From positions 288,001 to 352,000 of the forward strand of contig JBFWNU010000007.1 of the NCBI GenBank assembly GCA_050250895.1: 64,000 nt of DNA, in the 5' to 3' direction. The position numbers were made by a program, and so were the translations under genes. The DNA is from Vulcanimicrobiota bacterium. GTDB taxonomy: Bacteria; Vulcanimicrobiota; Xenobia; Xenobiales; JADMJV01. Positions 10,473 to 19,595 of this stretch are shown piece after piece; position 1 is the first letter of the stretch; each line of letters starts with the position of its first letter. The notes under the pieces are model-generated. The model was not told the DNA's origin. It saw only the letters and a list, made by a program, of their open reading frames with translations, and ran no database searches.

Positions 10473-11147
10473 CTATTCGAAGTAGCTCAAAGCGCGGCTC
10501 ACCCGCTCGTGTTTCACGGCCACGGCCGGATCGTGGGTCACCAGATCGGCGAAAAGCGCCTGCTGGCGGCGCAGGCGTTCGGCCAGGAGCGGGTCTTGGC
10601 GGCGCAGCAAGTGGGGCCCGAACCGTTGAGCCACTTCTGGGTCCAGGCCGTCATAGGCGGGATCCGGAGTGGTATCTCGGCGCAAGACCAACACCTCATA
10701 GAGCCACCGGCCCTGCACCAACTCTTCGTGCCTGAGATGGTAGCCGGAGGCGAGCCCCCAGCTTCGCAGCCAGTGGGCCCCGTCGTTGGGCTGCACCACC
10801 ACCAACTCGGGGACCCGGTCGGGATGGGCCGCCAGGATCGAGGCGATCAGCCGAGCCCCCATGCCGGTCAGGCTCAGACTATCGACCTCACCTGCCTGCA
10901 GAGGCTCGAGTCCGTCGCCCTCACGCACCTCGGCCGTCCAGGCCGCGAGTTCGCGTCGAGCCCGAGCCAGGGGCCCGGGATGCTTCTCTACGGCGATGAC
11001 ACGCTCGACTCGCTGGCTGGCCAGCAGATAGCGTGGTAGCAGAGCATGGTCGGTGCCGATGTCGGCGTGAACTCGACTGTGTATAGCTGCGGCCACCCGC
11101 AGCAGGCGCTCATCGAGCTTGTGCTCGAGCCAGTCCTTATCGTCCAA
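10473..11147 (-). CDS. trmK: tRNA (adenine(22)-N1)-methyltransferase
   Basis: LDERL..ADIGTDHALLP, GPLARAR, GDGLEPL, GMGARLI and VVQPN motifs; start inferred (TTG at 11147). Confidence 0.85.
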   Translation of the reverse strand: MDDKDWLEHKLDERLLRVAAAIHSRVHADIGTDHALLPRYLLASQRVERVIAVEKHPGPLARARRELAAWTAEVREGDGLEPLQAGEVDSLSLTGMGARLIASILAAHPDRVPELVVVQPNDGAHWLRSWGLASGYHLRHEELVQGRWLYEVLVLRRDTTPDPAYDGLDPEVAQRFGPHLLRRQDPLLAERLRRQQALFADLVTHDPAVAVKHERVSRALSYFE

Positions 11148-12279
11148 GGGTGCGGGTGAGTTCGCGCACCATAATGGTTCTCTGAATCTCGCTGGTGCCT
11201 TCGTAGATCTGCAGCACCTTGGCATCACGCATCAGTTTCTCGACCGGGTATTCTTTGCTGTAGCCATAGCCACCATGGACCTGGACCGCCTCCACTGCGG
11301 CCCACATGGCGGTGTCGGCGGCGAAAGCTTTGGCATAAGCGGCCTCGAGGGTGTTGGGCTGGTCGTTGGCGATAAGCCAGGCGGCCTTTTGGACCAACAG
11401 GCGGGCGGCCTCGGTCTTCATCCCCATGTCGGCCAACTTGAAGCCGACCCCCTGCAGGGCCGCGATGGGAGCTCCAAAGGCTTTGCGTTCGCAGGCGTAG
11501 CGCGTGGCCTCTTCCAGGCAGCGACGAGCAACGCCCACGGCCACGCTGGCCACCAGCGGGCGTGAGCGGTCGAAGACCTTCATGGCGATCTTGAAGCCCT
11601 CGCCCTCGCTGCCCAATAGAGCGTCGAGGGGCACCCGCACATCGTCGAAACTGACCTCGGCGCAGGGTGAGGCCTTCTGGCCGAGCTTGGGCAGAGGGTT
11701 GCCCACGGTCACGCCCTGGGTGTGGCGGTCGACCAGAAAGGCGCTAATGCCATGGTGGCCGGCGTTGGGATCGGTCTTGGCAAAGACCACCAGAATATCG
11801 GACTGGGGGGCATGGCTGATCCAGGTCTTGCTGCCTGAGATCACCCACCCATCACCATCCTTGCGCGCTCGGGTGGCGATAGCGGCGGCGTCTGAGCCGG
11901 CCCCCGGCTCGGTCAGGCAGTAGGCGCCGAAGCTCTTCGAGAGCACGTCGTAGGCCCATGCTTGCTGGGCCTGCGAGCCACTTACGTGGACAGCGTCAAC
12001 CACCAGCGAGTTGAGAGTGATGGCCACGGCGATGCCAGCGCAGCCCCAGGCCAATTCTTCGGCCACCAGGGCGATCTCGGTGGGGCCGAGACCGGCGCCA
12101 TCGTGCTCGACCGGGACGTTCATCGCCGTAAAGCCCAGTGGGCGTGCTTTTTCGACCACGGCCCTGGGGAACTCGGCCTTCTCGTCGTAGTGGGCCGCGA
12201 CCGGGGCCACTTCTTTGCGGGCGAAATCGCGGGCCAATTGCTGAATCTGGCGCTGTTCCTCGGTCAGTTGAAACTGCAT
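11137..12279 (-). CDS. Acyl-CoA dehydrogenase
   Basis: CLTEPGAGSD, GSKTWIS, QVHGGYGY and RDAKVLQIYEGTSEIQR motifs. Confidence 0.95.
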   Translation of the reverse strand: MQFQLTEEQRQIQQLARDFARKEVAPVAAHYDEKAEFPRAVVEKARPLGFTAMNVPVEHDGAGLGPTEIALVAEELAWGCAGIAVAITLNSLVVDAVHVSGSQAQQAWAYDVLSKSFGAYCLTEPGAGSDAAAIATRARKDGDGWVISGSKTWISHAPQSDILVVFAKTDPNAGHHGISAFLVDRHTQGVTVGNPLPKLGQKASPCAEVSFDDVRVPLDALLGSEGEGFKIAMKVFDRSRPLVASVAVGVARRCLEEATRYACERKAFGAPIAALQGVGFKLADMGMKTEAARLLVQKAAWLIANDQPNTLEAAYAKAFAADTAMWAAVEAVQVHGGYGYSKEYPVEKLMRDAKVLQIYEGTSEIQRTIMVRELTRTLGR

Positions 12280-12288
12280 GGGTTCTCC

Positions 12289-12909
12289 TTAATGAAGTAG
12301 TCCGGCTCGCCGCGGAGGCCAGAAGATCAATTCGGCGCGACCCACCACGTTGTCGAGCGGAACCTGCCCGATAAAGCGTGAGTCGCGCGAGTTGTTACGA
12401 TTGTCTCCCATGACGAAGATGTGTCCCGGCTCGACGGTGGTCTTGGGGAAATCCTCTTCCATAGGCGCGGCGATAAAATTCTCTTCGAGTTCGAGGTCGT
12501 TGAGCCAGAGGTGGCCGTCCTTGACCTCGACCGTGTCGCCTTCGACCGCTACCACCCGCTTGATTAAATCGGTTTTGTCGCCATCATAACTCTCTTCCGG
12601 CGGATGAAAGACCACGATTTCATTGCGCGAGGGACGGCTGGCTTTGTAGAGTAGCTCGTCGACTAGAATGTAGTCGTTGATCTGTAGGGTGGGCACCATC
12701 GACTCCGACGGGATGTAGAAGCTGCGCACCACGAAATGGATGAGCAACAAGGCCACCACCCCGGCCCAGACGATGGCGTCGATGGTCTCTTTAGCCTTGG
12801 CCTGAAAAGCCGGTCCGCCCCAGATAGCCCAGTTCGGGGCCAGGTGCAGCGCGAGCCGATAGACGGTCAAGATTACGACAAAAATAATCAGTTGGGTTTC
12901 GGTCATCAT
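12289..12909 (-). CDS. lepB: Signal peptidase I
   Basis: IPSESMVPTL (catalytic Ser), LIKRVVA (catalytic Lys), GDNRNNSRDSR; N-terminal TM segments. Confidence 0.93.
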   Translation of the reverse strand: MMTETQLIIFVVILTVYRLALHLAPNWAIWGGPAFQAKAKETIDAIVWAGVVALLLIHFVVRSFYIPSESMVPTLQINDYILVDELLYKASRPSRNEIVVFHPPEESYDGDKTDLIKRVVAVEGDTVEVKDGHLWLNDLELEENFIAAPMEEDFPKTTVEPGHIFVMGDNRNNSRDSRFIGQVPLDNVVGRAELIFWPPRRAGLLH

Positions 12910-12981
12910 GCGCCCCCGGGCATTCTCGCCCCCGGAGAGAATCTCCCTTCTCGGCTTGTAAAACAAACCGGAGGTCGACCT

Positions 12982-13695
12982 TCAGGTTGCTCCCAGCAGG
13001 CCCATCTCGGCCAGGGTCTGGCCGGCTGCCTCGGCCCAACCCCGGTTGGCGGCTGGATTGGCGGGGCTGGGATGGAGGATACGAGCGACCTCGACATCCA
13101 GGCCCGCCAGCGCCTCGCGGGCTCGGGACTCGGCAAATCCGCCGACCCCGATCACCAGTCGCGGGGCCAACTCTTCGACGGTATCGCGCAAAGCCTCGTC
13201 GCAGGCCGCGAAAAGCTTCTTCTTCTCGCCGGCTTTGAGCTTATCGGGGGTGCGATTGCGGCCGCTTTCTTCGAGGAAGATGAGCGGGCAGTAGTTGTGG
13301 ATGAAAAAACGTTGGAAGAACCGGTCAGGCGTGCCGAATTGGTCGGCGAAAAATCCCCACAATCGGGCTCCGCTCACCTCGCTGCGCTTGCATTCGAACC
13401 CTTCTATGGGCCGCTTGGGGTGAACTTGCAGAGGCTGGTCGACCGGGGCTTGGAGCCCCAACCAGTCGCGCACGTGGGCCACCTCGCCAAAGGGAACTCC
13501 GGTTTGAGCCATGCCCCAGGGACCGGGGTTCATGCCCACCAGAATGGCCTCCTTGGGGCCCTGACCGTAGCGGTCGACGTAGAGTTGGAATGGTTTCGAG
13601 GCGTAGACGAGAGGGTTGTAAACGTGAGTAACGGGCTGCGAAAACTTGAGCTGAGAGAGTTTCTGGTTGAGTCGTTCGAGGATGGCCGGCGTCAT
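12982..13695 (-). CDS. SMUG1-type single-strand-selective uracil-DNA glycosylase
   Basis: GMNPGPWGMAQTGVPFG, SEVSG.RLW, NYCPL and HPSPANP motifs. Confidence 0.92.
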   Translation of the reverse strand: MTPAILERLNQKLSQLKFSQPVTHVYNPLVYASKPFQLYVDRYGQGPKEAILVGMNPGPWGMAQTGVPFGEVAHVRDWLGLQAPVDQPLQVHPKRPIEGFECKRSEVSGARLWGFFADQFGTPDRFFQRFFIHNYCPLIFLEESGRNRTPDKLKAGEKKKLFAACDEALRDTVEELAPRLVIGVGGFAESRAREALAGLDVEVARILHPSPANPAANRGWAEAAGQTLAEMGLLGAT

Positions 13696-13931
13696 GCGGC
13701 CAGATTACCCCAAAAGTCGCCCAGACCCTGGTTGGCGCCCCAGCAGAGAGCTTCTTTGCTGAGACTGATGAAGTCGCCGTTGCCGGTGGTTTCGACTTCG
13801 TTGGCCGCCGAGTAGCTGCTGCGGTAGTTCGAGCCGTAGCCGCCGCCGTTGTGGCCGGTGCCGACGCTGGCGTGAATGACGAAGCGGTCGTCGTGGCTGT
13901 TGGCGGTGTTGAAGAGGTGCAGCAGGTTCAT
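13692..13931 (-). CDS. Small hypothetical protein (79 aa)
   Basis: ATG start; stop overlaps the UDG start (ATGA-type); coding-like codon usage. Confidence 0.5.
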   Translation of the reverse strand: MNLLHLFNTANSHDDRFVIHASVGTGHNGGGYGSNYRSSYSAANEVETTGNGDFISLSKEALCWGANQGLGDFWGNLAA

Positions 13932-14144
13932 CGTTTCGGCTCGTTTCTCAAGTTTCTAGCTTGAGAATACCGAAGCACCCTGAAAGGAATTTGAAAACGC
14001 CAAAAGGCCGTCGGCGACTTTGCCCACAGATGACCTGGACCCTCATGGGTCACGCTTAAACGCAGAGCAAAGCCAAGCATAGACTTTGCCCTGACGGACC
14101 AGTAGCCTGTAAATTAACCTCGCGGCCTGAAAAAAGACTGAAAC

Positions 14145-14193
14145 GGGGAGCGCTCGCTTCGCTCGCGAGAGGGGAGCGCTTGCTTCGCTCGCG
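14145..14193. repeat. Tandem 23-bp direct repeat (REP-like)
   Basis: GGGGAGCGCTCGCTTCGCTCGCG (14145-14167) and GGGGAGCGCTTGCTTCGCTCGCG (14171-14193), one mismatch, in an intergenic region. Confidence 0.7.
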
Positions 14194-14352
14194 GGAAAGG
14201 AGCCGCCCTGCGGGCGGGGACAAGAAGCGAACCGAGCTGTCGCTCAGTTCGAGAGAACTCTCCTGGCGCCTGGCTCTCTGCCGACCTGACAGCGTCGAAA
14301 TCTCCGCGCGAAGCGCCCGGCTCCTTTTTAACCCGGCGTAGCCGCTCCTCGT

Positions 14353-14399
14353 CGGCCGCAGGCCGATATCTCGGTGCCCGGCACCGCTCCCTGCGGCCG
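14353..14399. repeat. Inverted repeat/hairpin just downstream of the metallopeptidase gene
   Basis: CGGCCGCAGG (14353-14362) pairs with CCTGCGGCCG (14390-14399). Confidence 0.5.
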
Positions 14400-14402
14400 G
14401 GC

Positions 14403-15752
14403 TCAATCCACGAAAAGCGGTAGCTTCTCGAGGCGCCAGCCTTCGGGGGTGAGGTAGAGGTGGGCGGCCGGGTCGTCGGGACTGGGAGTGGGGGAGCAGA
14501 AGTCGGATTGACTGGCGTGGACCAGATTGCCCTGGGCGTCATAGGTCAGGGTGGCTCCGGCGGTGGCGGTGAGGGTGGCCTGGCGACCGGCGAACTCGAC
14601 CGGTTGATCGCGCTGCGATAGGTAGGTTACCGAGGTTAGACCGGCATGCTCGACCCGACCGGTGGGCTGACCGAGCAGGGCCAGGTCGAGGTCGGGTGCT
14701 GGCGAAAGGATACCGGCCTGGAGAAAGGCGGATTCCAGGGCGGAGGTGTGTAGCCCCGAGAGGTGCAGTTGGTCGGCCCGCAGCATGCCGCGGGCCACAT
14801 CGGCGAAGCGAGCCTGGTCGGGGGCGGCCAGTCGCACCCCCTCCACTAACAGCTTGCCCATCACCGAACCGGCCGCCTGCAGAGCCTGGACCCGGTCGCC
14901 GGGGATGCTTTCGTAGACGTTGACCAGGGCGGTGTAGAAAGCCCGCGTGAAGATCTGGCAGAAGCTATGAGACTCGCTGGTCAAGACGTCGCGGGGGCCG
15001 TCGTTGGGCAGCTGCTCGGGTGGAACATAGCTGAAGTCGTTGGCGGCGGTGCGCAGGTAGGGAAAGTCGTCGTCGGAGTTGCGATTGGCCAGGCGCACGG
15101 CCGTACCGAACTCCTCAGCGATGCGCGAGATACAGTTCTGGCCGCGCATGTCACCGGCCACCGCCTCGGCGCAGTTGGCCGGTCGCGAGATGGCCAGCAG
15201 CATGGCGGCGCAGTCGCCGAAAGCCTCATGGAAGGCTCGGGTCTCCTTGTCGAAGGTCTGTCCCCAGGCGGGTTTGAGGCCGTCGAGGATGGCGTGGCCG
15301 GTTTCGTGGGCGACCACGTCGCTGGATTGGGCCGTCTGGACGGTCTTACCCAGGGCCCGGGACTCGAAGTAATAGAAGTTCACCGCCTGCTGCCAGCGCA
15401 CATAGTAGGCGTTGGCGCCTTCGCCGGCGTGGGGAATGACCGCCAGCTGAGGGTCGTCAAAGGCCCAGTGGATAGGCCCCCCGGCATACTCCTCGAACAG
15501 GTCCAGCGTCTTCTGGGCGGTGACGAACGATTGCACCTGGTCGAACTTTGCCTGATCGGGTTGGAAGAGATAGTTGCCGTCGCGGTCGGCGCTGGCCCGC
15601 AGGCCGCGAGGCTCGACGACCCCCAGGCGCGGCCCTTCGACCCGGTTGCCGATCTTGACCGAGTCGATGGTTTCTTCTTCGGTTTCGGCTACGCTTGCGT
15701 CCTGACGATAGACGCGCACCCGCGAGAGATTTGAACTGACAGGCTGCACCAC
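14403..15752 (-). CDS. Zinc metallopeptidase, M4/M36 (thermolysin/fungalysin-like)
   Basis: NAYY, VVAHETGHAILD and FHEAFGD third-ligand motifs; no Sec signal. Confidence 0.8.
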   Translation of the reverse strand: MVQPVSSNLSRVRVYRQDASVAETEEETIDSVKIGNRVEGPRLGVVEPRGLRASADRDGNYLFQPDQAKFDQVQSFVTAQKTLDLFEEYAGGPIHWAFDDPQLAVIPHAGEGANAYYVRWQQAVNFYYFESRALGKTVQTAQSSDVVAHETGHAILDGLKPAWGQTFDKETRAFHEAFGDCAAMLLAISRPANCAEAVAGDMRGQNCISRIAEEFGTAVRLANRNSDDDFPYLRTAANDFSYVPPEQLPNDGPRDVLTSESHSFCQIFTRAFYTALVNVYESIPGDRVQALQAAGSVMGKLLVEGVRLAAPDQARFADVARGMLRADQLHLSGLHTSALESAFLQAGILSPAPDLDLALLGQPTGRVEHAGLTSVTYLSQRDQPVEFAGRQATLTATAGATLTYDAQGNLVHASQSDFCSPTPSPDDPAAHLYLTPEGWRLEKLPLFVD

Positions 15753-15846
15753 GCCCTCAGATTAGGCTGGGCGACCCGCCGGGTGGTTGCCGAATTATTT
15801 CCGGGTCGCCAGCAGGCTAGCAACCCGCGGCTTGGAATTGCTCAAG

Positions 15847-16977
15847 GTGGATCCGCTCGAGCAGTTGTTACAAGCTAAACGGGCCGAGGGGGCGTTCGAT
15901 TCCAGCGGCGACTTCACTATCGAACTCTCTGCCGCGCGCGCCAAGCTGGCCAAGTTCCAACTGGCTGACCCTGATTATTTCGTCCTCAAGCTACTTCAGG
16001 CCGCGGTGGCCGGAGGAGCCGTCAGGGGCAGTTTTCGTTTCCGGCTGAGCTATTTGCGCTTTCTCTTTGCTCTGCCCGAAGACTCCGTCTTGTTCGATCA
16101 AGACAGACTATTCGAAGGGCTGGCCCTGCCCGCCCTTTGTCCCCCGGGGGCAATCCGCCATCTGGCCATCTCGATCACCGCCGGTCTGACCACCCACCCG
16201 CTGCGAGTGGTCTGGTCGACCTGGCGGAGGGGTCAGTTGCAACAGCTCGAGTTCGACTTCAAGGAGCCGCGAGGGTTTGTCTCCAGTCAGCGCCCCAACT
16301 GGGCTACTCACGATAGTTGCTGTTATTTTCGCATCGAAAGAAACCTGGCTCGCTCGGGCCTGGTCATCGACCCCTCGCGGGCGCGCCGAGTGATCGCCCA
16401 GCGTTGCCGGTTCTTTCCCATGCCGCTCGAACTCGAAGGCGAGCCTTTTGTGCCACCACGCCCAACGGGTTGGCTGGACGGACAAGACTGTCTACTGCAA
16501 CTGATCGAGCCCGGAACGGCCTTGCGCCTAAAAGGAGGCGCCGGGGGAAAGCGAGTCGAGCCCGGCCTCTTCCTGGGCGGCCCGAAGTTCTTCTCGGAGC
16601 TGCACGGAGCCGACAGTTCCCGGTGGGACAGCTGTGCTCTGGCCGTGTGGTTGCCGCTCGAGCCCAAAGGGTCATCGCTGTTTCGGCTCACCAACCACGG
16701 TGTGAGCATGGACCCGGTGAGATTCGACACCCGGCCTAACGGTATGCTGGTGGTGGGGGATGGAACTGGCTTGAAGACCGACCTGTCCGAAATGGGTTGG
16801 GCCGTCGATGAGGAATGGCAGGCCTACGCTCGCAACATCGAGGCCAGGGTCCAGGCGGGACTGCTCAGGCTCGAGCCGCACCTTGATGGCCTGGCCCGCT
16901 GGGGTCGCCTGCTGCCGTTCGCCAACCAGGACCGGGTCGAGAGAGTCCGCCGGACTTTCTACAGCAGGCTCGATTAG
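15847..16977 (+). CDS. Uncharacterised degenerate GHKL-like family protein (paralog 1 of 4)
   Basis: N-terminal DSSGDFTIE..KL..FQL.DP..FVLKLLQAAV and C-terminal GLKTDLS motifs shared with three other ORFs in the window; GTG start inferred. Confidence 0.65.
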   Translation: MDPLEQLLQAKRAEGAFDSSGDFTIELSAARAKLAKFQLADPDYFVLKLLQAAVAGGAVRGSFRFRLSYLRFLFALPEDSVLFDQDRLFEGLALPALCPPGAIRHLAISITAGLTTHPLRVVWSTWRRGQLQQLEFDFKEPRGFVSSQRPNWATHDSCCYFRIERNLARSGLVIDPSRARRVIAQRCRFFPMPLELEGEPFVPPRPTGWLDGQDCLLQLIEPGTALRLKGGAGGKRVEPGLFLGGPKFFSELHGADSSRWDSCALAVWLPLEPKGSSLFRLTNHGVSMDPVRFDTRPNGMLVVGDGTGLKTDLSEMGWAVDEEWQAYARNIEARVQAGLLRLEPHLDGLARWGRLLPFANQDRVERVRRTFYSRLD

Positions 16978-16998
16978 GCTGGTCGCGAAGGGGCTGCC

Positions 16999-17913
16999 GT
17001 GTCTACCCTGGTGACCGGCGAAAGAGGCTTTGTGGGCAGCTATCTAGCTGGTGCCTGGCCGGATGTGATCGGGCTGGGCCGAGTGGACATCACCGAGTCG
17101 GCCCGCCTCAAAACGAGGGTCTCTGAGCTTCGTTTCGAGCGGGTAGTCCATCTGGCCGGAGTGAGCTTCGTGCCCGATTCGTTTGCCGACCCGGCCCGCA
17201 CCCTGGCCATCAACCTGGGGGGGACCCTCAATCTGCTGCAAGCCCTCGACGCCATCGGCTTCACTGGCTGCCTGCTCTACGTCGGCTCGGGGGCGGTCTA
17301 TGGGGAGGTCGAGCCTGAGCACCTGCCGGTGCTCGAAGAGCGGCCGCTGCGTCCGCCTACTCCCTATGCGGTCAGTAAAGTGGCGGCTGAAGCGCTGTGT
17401 TACCAATGGAGTCGCACCAGCCCTTATCGCATCGTGATGGCCCGGCCCTTCAACCACACCGGTCCGGGCCAAAGCGAGCGCTTCTTTGTGCCGGGGTTGG
17501 CTCGCCAGCTGGTCGAAATCCAGGCCGGCCGCCGCGAGTGCAGGCTTGAGCTAGGAGATCTCGGGGGCAGCCGAGATTTCAGCCATGTAGCCGACGTGGC
17601 CCGAGCCTATCGAGCGCTGCTCGAGAATGGCCATAACGGCGAGGCTTACAATGTGTGCTCGGGGCGCGAGACGCGCTTGCTCGAAGTGGTCAGGCGAATG
17701 CAGGCCCTGGTCGGGCTCGCCTTGCCGGTGACCAGCGGCCAGCGCAGCCATCGACCCAGCGAGCAAAAGCGTATGGTGGCAAGCTTTCAGAAGCTGAATG
17801 CTCACACCGGCTGGCGGCCCGAGCACGATCTCGATAGCTGCCTGCGTGACGTGCTCGAATACTGGGGTCACAGTTCTGGGATGTCGTCGGCCAGTCCGCT
17901 CGAGCCTTCCTGA
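16999..17913 (+). CDS. NAD-dependent nucleotide-sugar epimerase/reductase (Rmd/Gmd-like SDR)
   Basis: TGERGFVG, HLAGVSFV, YAVSK, RPFNHTGPGQ and RDFSHVAD motifs. Confidence 0.88.
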   Translation: MSTLVTGERGFVGSYLAGAWPDVIGLGRVDITESARLKTRVSELRFERVVHLAGVSFVPDSFADPARTLAINLGGTLNLLQALDAIGFTGCLLYVGSGAVYGEVEPEHLPVLEERPLRPPTPYAVSKVAAEALCYQWSRTSPYRIVMARPFNHTGPGQSERFFVPGLARQLVEIQAGRRECRLELGDLGGSRDFSHVADVARAYRALLENGHNGEAYNVCSGRETRLLEVVRRMQALVGLALPVTSGQRSHRPSEQKRMVASFQKLNAHTGWRPEHDLDSCLRDVLEYWGHSSGMSSASPLEPS

Positions 17914-19595
17914 TAGGCCCGATGCAACACGTAGAAGTGGCTCTCTCCTTCTTTAAAAGCCACCGTCAGCTCGAAGCGGAACTCGCTCCCCTCGAATTCG
18001 ACCGGAATGGGCATCTGATCGCCGTCGATACTCACCTCGGGTTCGGGTATCAGGCTGGGTGAGCCAAAGCGCAGCGCTAGTTTGGCCAGCGGCAGGCCGG
18101 TGGGGCTGACGATCAGATAGCTGCCGAAGATGGCCGGCATCGCGATTTCGTGGTTGCCTTCGGGAGCCTCGAGCCGGTAGCGCACCCGCCACAATACGAA
18201 TACCCAAAACAGCAAAGCCGCAAGGCCCAAAAGACCGAGCAGCAGCACGGTCATCAACACCCGCGGAAAGCTACTGGCCCGGACCTTGATGATCAGGTTG
18301 CGTTCGAATTCGATCACACGCTGGTTGGACTCGGTCTGGGTGCCGTCTTGATCCGGTTGGTACAGCATGAAGAATTCGATAGCATCGAGGTTGGGAACGT
18401 ACTTCACGCGCTCGCGCATCTGGTCGGAGAGAGCTGGCCGGATGGCTCCCTCTTCGAGATTGGTTTGATTGAGGTCGAGCACCACCTTGACTCTGACCTT
18501 GCCCTCGACCTGGGGAAGCCAGCGGGCGAAGGGCGACTTCAGCATGTCCCAGGTAGAGCGTTCGAGTTCGAGCGAACTATCTTGCAAGCTCAAGACATAG
18601 AAGTTCAGACTGGTCTCGTTGGGTTTGATCGACAGCGTTCGGGGAGTGACCTTGGAATTGACCGTCACCGCACCGGCCCGTCGATAGGGGCGGGGCACTT
18701 CGAGCTTGACGGTGGCGTCTTCCATGGTTGCATCCACGATCTCCCACCCTTTGAGGTTGGAGTGAATCTTGAATTTCAATTGACCTCGAATGCGGTCGCC
18801 CTCATTGACGGTGAGCACGGTGGCGCCACCCTCCTGGGTGGCGGTGCCGCCCTCGTAGACGAGTTCGCGGTCGAACTTGAGCACCGATTCGCCGGCTTTG
18901 TTGTAAAGCGGCCGGAAGAGCACACCCTCAAAGCCCGTGCGCTGGTGAATCTCGTCCACAAACTCGTCCATCCAGGGCAGACTGTCGCCCTCCTGGGGCT
19001 GGGCCAAAAGATACATCACCAGCGCATCCTTGCGGCCCGAAGTGGGGTCCGCCAGGGGAAAAAAGAAGACGTGGGAGTAATCGGGGCTGCTGCGCAGGCG
19101 TTCATAGAACAGAGCGTCGGACTGGTTGCCGCTTAGATTGTTCTCGTTGTCCGTGATGACCCAGGTGAGGACCGTTTTGGCCGGAGTCTGCCGAGCGTGC
19201 TGCAAGGCCATATCCAGAGCCCGGGCCATGTCGGTCGCGCCCGCTCCAGGGGTCGGCAATTCTCCCAGCCGAGCCGGCAATTCGGCCAGGGCGATGGGGC
19301 CAAAGGGAACGCGCTTCTCTTTGAGGTCGGTGGCCGCATCCGAGAACGGCTGGACGATGATGATATCGTTGCTGGCGAAATAGTTGCCATCAGGAGCAAA
19401 GAGGTGGACCAGAAACTGGGGGATGGTGGGCTCCCATTGAGTGCCGGCACCTTCAACCCGGACGGCGTAGCCTCGCTCGCGCAGGCTGCCCGAGACATCG
19501 AGCAGGATGATGTGGGTGACCGGTTCGGCCATGGGCCGGGCCCAGACCAAAAGCGTGCAGGCCAACCACAAGACCAGGAGCCAGATGCGTGTCAC
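17868..19595 (-). CDS. Exported vWA-domain membrane protein with cytoplasmic C-terminal domain
   Basis: Signal peptide; LLDVSGS MIDAS motif, TDMARAL and ITDNEN; TM helix near residue 450. Confidence 0.7.
   Translation of the reverse strand: MTRIWLLVLWLACTLLVWARPMAEPVTHIILLDVSGSLRERGYAVRVEGAGTQWEPTIPQFLVHLFAPDGNYFASNDIIIVQPFSDAATDLKEKRVPFGPIALAELPARLGELPTPGAGATDMARALDMALQHARQTPAKTVLTWVITDNENNLSGNQSDALFYERLRSSPDYSHVFFFPLADPTSGRKDALVMYLLAQPQEGDSLPWMDEFVDEIHQRTGFEGVLFRPLYNKAGESVLKFDRELVYEGGTATQEGGATVLTVNEGDRIRGQLKFKIHSNLKGWEIVDATMEDATVKLEVPRPYRRAGAVTVNSKVTPRTLSIKPNETSLNFYVLSLQDSSLELERSTWDMLKSPFARWLPQVEGKVRVKVVLDLNQTNLEEGAIRPALSDQMRERVKYVPNLDAIEFFMLYQPDQDGTQTESNQRVIEFERNLIIKVRASSFPRVLMTVLLLGLLGLAALLFWVFVLWRVRYRLEAPEGNHEIAMPAIFGSYLIVSPTGLPLAKLALRFGSPSLIPEPEVSIDGDQMPIPVEFEGSEFRFELTVAFKEGESHFYVLHRAYQEGSSGLADDIPEL

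Noticed and set aside
14056-14542. ORFs of 116 and 142 aa across the intergenic repeat region
   Set aside because: Arg/Ser/Pro-rich translation of repeats with no RBS, partly overlapping the peptidase gene.
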